Assembly (NCBI GenBank): GCA_030141605.1 | Contig: JAQGDQ010000124.1 | Coordinates: forward strand, 496,001 to 560,000 | From: Tubiluchus corallicola | Taxonomy: Eukaryota; Animalia; Priapulida | Direction of reading: 5' to 3' | Length of the DNA stretch: 64,000 bases | Shown: in pieces, positions 55,567 through 64,000 of the stretch | How positions within the stretch are numbered: the first letter of the stretch is position 1 | How the letters are laid out: each line of letters begins with the position of its first letter | Notes under the pieces: model-generated | What the model was told of the DNA's origin: nothing | Databases searched by the model: none | The model's input: only the letters and a program-made list of their open reading frames with translations | Position numbers and translations under genes: made by a program

Positions 55567-56122
55567 TCATGGCAGGGCCTGATCACTGTGTGCATGCATT
55601 TCACGGCAGGGCCTGATCACTGTGCGCCTGCATTTCACGGCAGGGCCTGATCACTGTGTGCATGCATGTCATGGCAGGGCCTGATCACTGTGTGCATGCA
55701 TTTCATGGCAGGGCCTGATCACTGTGTGCATGCATGTCACGGCAGGGCCTGATCACTGTGTGCATGCATTTCACTGCAGGGCCTGATCACTGTGTGCATG
55801 CATGTCACGGCAGGGCCTGATCACTGTGTGAATGCATTTCACTGCAGGGCCTGATCACTGTGTGCATGCATTTCATGGCAGGGCCTGATCACTGTGTGCA
55901 TGCATTTCATGGCAGGGCCTGATCACTGTGTGCATGCATTTCACTGCAGGGCCTGATCACTGTGTGCATGCATTTCACGGCAGGGCCTGATCACTGTGTG
56001 CATGCATGTCACGGCAGGGCCTGATCACTGTGTGCATGCATTTCATGGCAGGGCCAGATCACTGTGTGCATGCATGTCACGGCAGGGCCAGGTCACTGTG
56101 TGCATGCATTTCACGGCAGGGC
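55567..56122. repeat. 34-bp minisatellite, about 16 copies
   Basis: Unit GGCAGGGCCTGATCACTGTGTGCATGCATTTCAY (starts at 55571, 55605, and so on). Confidence 0.96.
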
Positions 56123-56269
56123 ATGAAACATAGTGCACATAACCGAAAAAACTGATGGGGCAGTAGCCGCTCATTTTCGTAATTTTTAGTTTATTTTGTG
56201 ATATGATAATCATAATAATGATAATTGTTGTCGTCGTCCATTGAATCATGCGTTCAATATCCAGGGACA

Positions 56270-57050
56270 TGATTCTGTTCACCTCCTCACTCCAGGACTC
56301 ACTGATCTGTGCTGAAGTGTTTTAATGTTGCTGCGCAAAATCTAAATTTGTTAACATTTGTCCTCCTGCAGATATTGCTTGCTGAAGGGCTGTCTTCACT
56401 AGACTATCATCAGTTAGTCTAAGCATGTGCCCAATCCATCTTAAACAACACCTTTTTATTTTTATTTTCCGACGTTCTTCTCTTATTTATTCATATAATG
56501 TCATTATTTGAAATGTTCTTTGCCCATCTGATATACAAAATGTTTCTGTAATTTCATAGTTGAAATCCGTCAATTTCCGCTTTATAATTTCTCAGAGTTA
56601 TACAGTAGTGCAGTTTCAACTAAGGTTTTGTTTTCAAAGATGTTTCCCTGTTCTCAACAACTTTTTGTGGGTTTTGAATATACTGATAATGCCACTATCT
56701 TCAGTCTTGATGCATTTCTCTGTTACCAGCAGACTACCAAGACATTTGCAAGTTTTTCCATGATTCATCACCGTGACGAATTACGTGAGTTAGTTTTACT
56801 TTTGTTTAGTATAAGATCCATTTTTCAGATTTAATTCTATTGAGTTTTTTATTGCATTTAATTCATCTTTGTTTCTTGTGATCCATGCCACATCATCAAC
56901 GCACTTTATAGGGATGTTTGGTAGAAAGCTGTAACAGAGTTTTCGTCTTATTTCAGTTAGTATTAATTCAGGATAAAGTATCGTGTAAATGTGATATTCT
57001 AAATCTTTCAATGCTATAATTGTGTCCTTTGAGAGTTATGCATGATCCAG
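56270..57050 (-). mobile_element. Decayed RTE-like LINE fragment
   Basis: Minus strand has IKCVDDVAWI (degenerate YADD) and LRWIGHMLRLTDDSLVKTAL, resembling the RTE ORF C-terminal region. Confidence 0.6.
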
Positions 57051-57087
57051 TAAGAGCTAATCGCGATAATATCAAAGTAATTATGGT

Positions 57088-57418
57088 CAGGGCCTATTTC
57101 AGCCTAGACGAAGCCCGGGGAAGTGGGGCGTGTGAGACCTCATCGGGGGTGGGGCGATGCGCCAGGGGGCGGGCGCCACCATTGTTGGCGCGCGGAAACT
57201 TTTTGAACTGCTAGAACGCCGGAGAAGCATTTTCGAAGAGAAAATCAAGACCAGTCCTTAATACTTGTCAATACTGGCAAATCGTGTGTGCGGCAAGAGA
57301 GGGAGAGAGGAGGCAGTATGTTCGCATAAAGCAAAAAAAACGTTACCTTTGCGCGAGGCACCCTGGAGGGTGAGGCCCCGGGGAAGTATCCCCACTTCCC
57401 CCCTTGAAATAGGCCCTG
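57088..57418. mobile_element. hAT MITE (331 bp), short relative of the 46.6-kb element
   Basis: Perfect 14-bp TIRs CAGGGCCTATTTCA and TGAAATAGGCCCTG; perfect 8-bp TSD ATTATGGT (57080-57087 and 57419-57426); both ends align with 46596-47637. Confidence 0.92.
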
Positions 57419-57580
57419 ATTATGGTCACTGTATGATAAGTATAAAATAAGTCCTAAATACGATTATTCTAATAATATTTGTACAAATTTTCACGATTAC
57501 AACATCTGTTTGCTTTACTTTAGCTTGGCTTGTACAGATAAGGTGCTTAGCTGTGAGACATCTAAAATAGGCTGGCTGAT

Positions 57581-57890
57581 GCTATCTGACGTTTTCAATG
57601 ATGTCATAAACGTTTATTCCCTACAGGCTTGGACGTCATAGCAAATTTTATTGGCTATGCCACACATTCAATAGACAGTTGAAGAACTCTAACAGGAAGG
57701 TTGTGTTGTTGAAGTTCTGAAGTATTTGAAAGAAACCACGGGGTAAGTCTCCTGGAAATTTCTTCAAATTCTCTTACTGTTCCGTACACGTCCTGAAATA
57801 TGTTATTCTTACAACTAATTTGTTCATTAACGTCCTATTAATGCCTGCTAGTGACGCGAGTTATGCCTGTTTACGTCCTTTTTGAAGAAA
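57581..57890 (+). promoter_or_regulatory. Candidate promoter/first-exon module, type B
   Basis: TGATGTCATAAACG (57599), GACGTCATAGCAA (57632), CACACATTCA, donor GG/GTAAGT (57743); downstream GGAAATTTCTTCAAATTCTCTTACTGT is identical to that after 50651. Confidence 0.55.
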
Positions 57891-60411
57891 GTGACAGAGC
57901 AGTTAAGAAAAACATGAATTTCTGGTAAAGAATTCTATATAGTTAATTGCGTAAGAAACGCAAAAGAATTTTATTGCGAATCGTGTTGCATTTCAGCATG
58001 TCCAGGAAAAACATGAGAGCAAACTGATGAGATGTAAGAAATGTCCCGAAGAGGTTCTAATAACATCGTTTAGGTACCGACAAAAGTTACTTAGTGTAGT
58101 ACCCCCCCCCCCAATAGATCCTCTATGATCAAGGAATGGCAAGGAATTTTAAGTCTCTTTCCGTGAAGATCGTAATGGCTTGGGAGGGGGGGATAGCTTT
58201 TTACGCCTTGATATATCTTTCACAACAAGAACGGATTTAGTTTTTAACACTAACTTTGAATTCATGTGGTTTGAAATTAATCTTACAAGCTTAATTTTAT
58301 ATATGTGTGTCTGTTACCGGATTCCTACTCAAGATGCTCCTATCGAGGATGAGTTTATAAATCAGTTACAATTGTCTCACGACATGCTGATTAGCAATGT
58401 TCGCTATGCAATCATATATATATAGGCGATTTTAACGCCAAGTGTGCAGTATGGTACCCTCCTGATGGTGAAAATCGTTTTGGTTCCAAATTATAAACAT
58501 TTACTGTTCAGGATCAACTTTCAGAGTTAGAAACACATCCTACCCGTATTTCAGATGTGTCTAGCTCTTTGATTGACCTTGTTATACTGATGCTACCGGT
58601 TTAATAACAGAGAGTGGTGGCATGTCACCTATATATACACTTGATCATAACTCTATTTATGGTAAAATGCTTATAAATCTTCCAATTGCAGTTTCCTACC
58701 AAAGAAATTTTTTTTATTATAATACAGCAGACTGGTGAGGTTTAAATCAAGCTATTCATGCTACTGATTGGAATTTACTTTTTGCAAATGAAACTGTTGA
58801 TTCTGTTTGTGCTAATTTTATTACTAATTTGTCAAATTTGATTGATGACTATGTGCCACATAGAACCCATAACCATTCGGCCTTGGGACAAGTTGTAGAT
58901 GAACAGCTACGTCAGAAAATTAAGAAAATCTGAAGAAAAATCTCATAAATACTGCAAACTGTATCAAACTGCTAAATCTTAGGAGAAATACAAGCGTTGT
59001 AGGAATATTTATAATAATTCTTTAAAAAAGCTAAAACTGATTATATGAAGAAACTAAATACTAAATTACTCGATTCACAAACCTGCCCCAAGGCCTGGCG
59101 GAACAGTGTCAACTCATTTTACAAAAGCAAGCATGACTTTGTTATTCCACCTCTTAAAGTTAACAACTGTATTATAGCTGATACCAAGCTCAAATGTAAT
59201 ATATTTAACAATTTTTTTGCTGATAACTGTAGTGTAAATTGCGGTAATACCATACGTCCTCCTTTCTCTTTGATCACTGATAGTGTTTTGTCGACTGTTG
59301 ACCTGTCTGAGCATATAGTTTTGTAATTTCTTGAAATGTGTAAAAGTCGGTAAATCAACAGGTCCCAATCGCATAAGTAATATTGTTTTGAGACAACGTT
59401 CTCAGTCGCTTTCTGAGCCTTTAACGTTATTATTTAAAATGTCTGTTAACAACGGAATGTTCCCGTCAGTATGGAAAATAACTAATGTTACTCCTGTATT
59501 TAAAAAAAGGTGATGGGGAACTGATTACTAATTATAGGACAATTTCACTACTTTCTTGTGTTTCTGAAATCTTGGAGCAGATTGTGTATAAAGAACTTTA
59601 TAATTATCTTGTTACTGACAATAATCTGTTGAATGAGTGTAATTCTGGTTTCACGCCAGGTGATAGTACAATCAATCAATTGGTATCTATTGTCCACAAA
59701 ATATACTCTGATCTAGACGCTGATACAGGCAGTTTTTCTCGATGCAAGTAAAGCTTTTGACAAGATGTAGCACAAATGTCTCATATTAAAATTATCCCAG
59801 CTTTTGCATCAGTGGCCCTCACTACATTGGTTAGCTTCTTATTTATCTGGTAGTAGTCAACAAGTAGTTATGGAAGATGCCCATTTGTCCATGGCTGCTG
59901 GGGTGCCTCACGGCTCTGGGCCCTTTTTTGTTTCTTGTCTATGTAAATAACATTACTCATAATATACAGTGTGACATACGTCTTTTTGCCGATGATACTT
60001 CCATAATGGATACAGTCACAGACCCGGTAGATTCTGCACTGCGTCTAAATTCCGACCTAGAGGCCTTGCAGCACTGATATGATAGATGGTGTATTACCTT
60101 TAATCCACAGAAACCTGAAGTAATGCTCTTCTCTCGTAAAATCCAGCAACGTCATCATATGCCACTTTATCTCAATAATATAACTTTAAAACATGTTAAT
60201 TCCCATAAGCACCTGGGGATACATATTACATGTGATCTAAAATGGGAACAACGTGTAAAGCTAGAGCCCAGATAGTGGTCATCGCATCTGTTCAGCCAAA
60301 ACTAAGAAACTTGCGAGGTCTAGCTGCTCTAGCCACTATACTGCCGCATTCAACTTATGAATTCTTGTTGGAAACAATTATTTTACCCACTTTTGAATAC
60401 AGTAGTATTGT

Positions 60412-61830
60412 AATAAATAATAGATAATTTTATTTCGTAAACATGGTTCAACGCAGTAATAATATAAAATAACTAATGGAAGTTAGCCATATGCGAGGGC
60501 AACGTATGATCATGGGGTCCTTCACACGTTGCCCTTATTTAAAGATTAATGAATTTGCAGTGGCTGAATTTGCAATGTGAAGATAAGGCAGTATTAACTC
60601 TTTTAAAATAAGGTCTAATTTAACTCTAGTAAAAGATACAAATTTGTATAAGTCTTAAAAACTAAAGATTTCCTATAAATAAATTTTACTTCATAATTAT
60701 TTTATGTTATGCTTTTTATGAACAAGAATCTTACATAGTTAATCAGATTTTGTATTCCCTACAATGAAATATATCATTTTAAAGTAATGCATTATATATT
60801 TCAAATGTGTGATTTAATATTTTAGCATTGTATTAATTATTGCAATGTATATTTTGAATGAACGATTTCACACTGTCTACTAATACGATATGATTCACAA
60901 CTCCTGCTGTTTCTTTCACAGTTTTTTAACTTGAGTGAATTTGTGAAAGTGTTTCCAGAATATGAGGGCTAAGTACAGAAGCAACTAAGTTGAAGCACGT
61001 GTGCAGAAAAAGCACTCAACGTTTTTTAACTTGAGTGAATTTGTGAAAGTGTTTCCAGAATATGAGGGCTAAGTACAGAAGCAACTAAGTTGAAGCACAC
61101 GTGCAGAAAAAAGCACTCAATGTTTTTAACTTGAGTGAATTTGTGAAAGTGTTTCCAGAATATGAGGGCTAAGTACAGAAGCAACTAAGTTGAAGCACAC
61201 GTGCAGAAAAAGCACTCAATGTTCTTTAACTTGAGTGAATTTGTGAAAGTGTTTCCAGAATATGAGGGCTAAGTACAGAAGCAACTAAGTTGAAGCACAC
61301 GTGCAGAAAAAGCACTCAATGTTTTTTAACTTGAGTGAATTTGTGAAAGTGTTTCCAGAATATGAGGGCTAAGTACAGAAGCAACTAAGTTGAAACACAC
61401 GTGCAGAAGAAGCACTCAATGTTTTTTTAGACAAAGATCAAGAAAGTATAGTAACTGTAATTGTAAAAATAAAATATGATATAAAGATGTTAAGTGAAGG
61501 GAAATAGATGGAAAACTGGCAAAAGAATGGCACAAAATGAATAAGATGTACACTTTAAACTATTTTTACAAGCCCACATATTTCGCAATTAAGTAAAAAC
61601 TACATTTTTTATGCTGTTTGAAGGGACTGATTAACTGTTATATAACTAGGGAGGTTGTTCCACAACTTGACCCCATTATGTCGAAAACTGTTGAATCCAT
61701 GCTGGGTATTAAAGCGAGGCTGAAAGAAATGTCCTTTTGAGGACCGTGTGTGATAAAAATGATGTTATATATTTTTAAAAATAGTTTTTATAAAGACTAG
61801 GCAGCATATCATTTTATAAAGACTAGGCAA
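60412..61830 (-). mobile_element. 5'-truncated L2/Crack-like LINE nested antisense in the CR1 element
   Basis: Minus strand at 61600-61790 reads (frameshifted) YKNYF..HTRSSKGHFFQPRFNTQHGFNSFRHNGVKLWNNLP; long 3' UTR with stem-loop AGGGCAACGT..ACGTTGCCCT (60496-60535), then AATAAA and a (TTA/TTAT)-rich tail near 60412-60435. Confidence 0.7.
60921..61428. repeat. 100-bp tandem repeat, 5 near-identical copies
   Basis: Unit begins GTTTTTTAACTTGAGTGAATTTGTGAAAGTG at about 60921, 61021, 61122, 61221 and 61321. Confidence 0.97.
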
Positions 61831-62978
61831 CTAGTCGTAATGTTGAATCTGTGCTTGATAATATTCAGTTGAGTGCTACGCGTATATGTACCGGTGCTAT
61901 GTCAGGTTCAAATCATTCAAATCTTTTGTTCGAAGCAGGACTGGACCCTTTTCTAAGCGCTTCCATATTTTCGCTTATGTACCTTTTATAAAATTGTGAA
62001 TCACTTAGCTCCCCATTACCGCTTTAATATTTTACCTCCCCGTGTAGGGGATATTACATTGTATCCAGTCCGTAATAACGAAAACTTTTCTAATTACATC
62101 TGTCACTCAACTGCTTTTGCTAATTCTTTTTCTTGCCTCGGTTAAGTGCTGGAATAATTTACCTCTTGATATCCGTAACTCTAACTCTTTAAATATCTTT
62201 GAATTTCGACTACAGAATCACGTGTTTTAATAAGCGGCCTACTTACTTTTCAAGTGGTATTCGAAATTTATCTGTACACCATACTAGAATGAGAGTTGGT
62301 TTTTGTCAAATTAATTATGATTTGTACCTCAGAAAATGTAAAAATTACGACAGGTCGCTGGTATCACCTAATTGTCAATGTGGTTCTGCTTATGAAACAG
62401 TGGGGCATTACTTAATTAGCTGTCTTCTTTACCACCAGGTCAGACATGACTTATTTACAAATCTCTGCACTCTTTTGTCAGCTTTTAACATCAATGTTTA
62501 CAGTCTTGCAACAAATGAACTTGTACGTTTGTTCCTGCATGGGAACCGTACCCTAGATAATTTTGTGAAGATCAATAAGGACATTAAAACAAAAACACAA
62601 CAGTGTTTTGTTCTCTACAATGAACACGAAGTAGTACCTCAGACGAATTAAAGAGAAGCTGGCATGTTGGAAAATTAGTTATTTCGTAAATACAGTATCT
62701 AAAAAACAGATTTGTAAATTAACACAACGTTAAGTGAACAGTATATAGAGTTGTAATGAAATTGCTTCAGAAATTCAATATTTGCAAGCAGAAAAAAGTT
62801 ACAGGATGAAATTTTTTAGAGCTCCTTTTTTAGAGTTCAGTCACCATCACCACTATAATCATCAGTTTAAACAGTTCAAGCAGTTTTCCGAAATTCGCCT
62901 AAATGTACTAAAACTTATGAATATAAGAAACTACTTTGTAATATGCGTCTTTAGTGACGTAATAAGGTCTAAATCGGT

Positions 62979-63251
62979 AGAAATAGAGAATCTTGTGTAC
63001 TCCAGAAATAGGGAATCTTGGGTACTCTAGAAATAGAGAATCTTGGGTACTCTAGAAATAGAGAATCTTGTGTACTCCAGAAATAGAGAATCTTGTGTAC
63101 TCCAGAAATAGGGAATCTTGGGTACTCTAGAAATAGAGAATCTTGTGTACTCCAGAAATAGAGAATCTTGTGTACTCCAGAAATAGAGAATCTTGGGTAC
63201 TCTAGAAATAGAGAATCATGTGTACTCCAGAAATAGAGAATCTTGGGTACT
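62979..63251. repeat. 25-bp minisatellite, about 11 copies
   Basis: Unit AGAAATAGAGAATCTTGKGTACTCY. Confidence 0.96.
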
Positions 63252-63496
63252 CGGCCAAGCCGAATCTGCAAGTTGGAATAGGTTTTATCATAGCGATCCT
63301 AAGAAAATTTTCAGGTAAAAAACAGGTAAGTACTTAAACTAAAATGTGGTTAAGTTTGCTGATCAGGTCACGGCCAAAGCAAAATTATCTTGAACTTACT
63401 CGTCTATTTTATTTCAGTAAGCTGAAGAATAAATGCACTGCAAGAATGTTGGTACTTGGTAAGGGATAAGGAATTCTGGAACGATCGTGTCAGTAG

Positions 63497-63554
63497 ATGA
63501 GCAGTGGAAAGGGATATATGATGTCAGGAACTGAACATGAACATCATCGCTCCG
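63497..63554 (+). CDS. Candidate first coding exon of an unidentified downstream gene (MSSGKGYMMSGTEHEHHRS, phase 1)
   Basis: Acceptor TTTTATTTCAG ends at 63417, in-frame TAG immediately before the ATG at 63497, strong donor CCG/GTAAGT at 63555; no recognisable homology. Confidence 0.35.
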
Positions 63555-64000
63555 GTAAGTTTGCATGTCTAGTCATACTCGTTGAAATGTTTTTAATATT
63601 TTGCTATGTAGCAGTATCTTCTTGATTTGTCCTCGGTTTTTATTATTTATATTTATTTTTGTGCATCTTTAATAATTGCATGTGCGCAGAGTTATCCATG
63701 CAGCTCATAGTGAACACTCCTTAGGCAAGAGAAACTACGTTTATATGCATGTTCTGCATCTTCCTGTTTTTGAGCCAGGACCACAGTTTATGCGATTAAG
63801 TGAAGTCGAGTTTTTGTGCATGGCTGAATGTAAGTTATCACTGTTTTTGACCCAGTCAAAAACGTCATCTAGTCTGTATCTTATACTGGTCTTGCAGTAA
63901 TTATTATTAGTATTTTATGAACAGTTTATTGCACAAGCCACACTTTGCATAGTAAACAATCTTGTTAAGATACATATCTGAATCCTATTGATTTGCCCTA

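Larger units (their letters stand above)
58090..62570 (+). mobile_element. Decayed CR1-like LINE ORF2 (endonuclease plus RT), interrupted by a nested insertion
   Basis: VCYR..GDFNAK (APE endonuclease), KSTGPNRI, WKITNVTPVFKK, NYRTISLLS, DSTINQL, LFADDT, KHLG and C-terminal CQCG..ETVGHYLISC; many stops and frameshifts. Confidence 0.9.

Noticed and set aside
62969-63271. 100-aa repetitive minus-strand ORF
   Set aside because: It is an artefact of the 25-bp minisatellite.

Overview
AT-rich, intron-containing animal (invertebrate-like) genomic DNA, not prokaryotic; most short ORFs in the track are spurious or transposon debris. Two host genes are recognisable on the + strand. One is a large coding exon of a rhodopsin-class neuropeptide GPCR resembling trissin receptors (16289-17460; its N-terminal exon was not found). 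The other is a complete 7-coding-exon thiamine pyrophosphokinase (TPK1, 29535-35366, 257 aa). The rest is mostly decayed LINEs (CR1-, L2/Crack-, Rex1/Babar- and RTE-like), tRNA- and 5S-derived SINE-like pieces, hAT elements/MITEs with 8-bp TSDs, and mini/microsatellites. The most unusual structure lies at about 41-58 kb: eight same-strand, diverged paralogous non-coding modules. Their typical layout is a CRE-like TGACGTCA(TAAAC), an RFX-like TAGCAAC motif, a short non-coding stretch and a 5' splice donor. They precede a candidate ATG-containing acceptor exon at 63418-63554, suggesting an array of duplicated alternative promoters/first exons. All calls were made by eye, without database searches.
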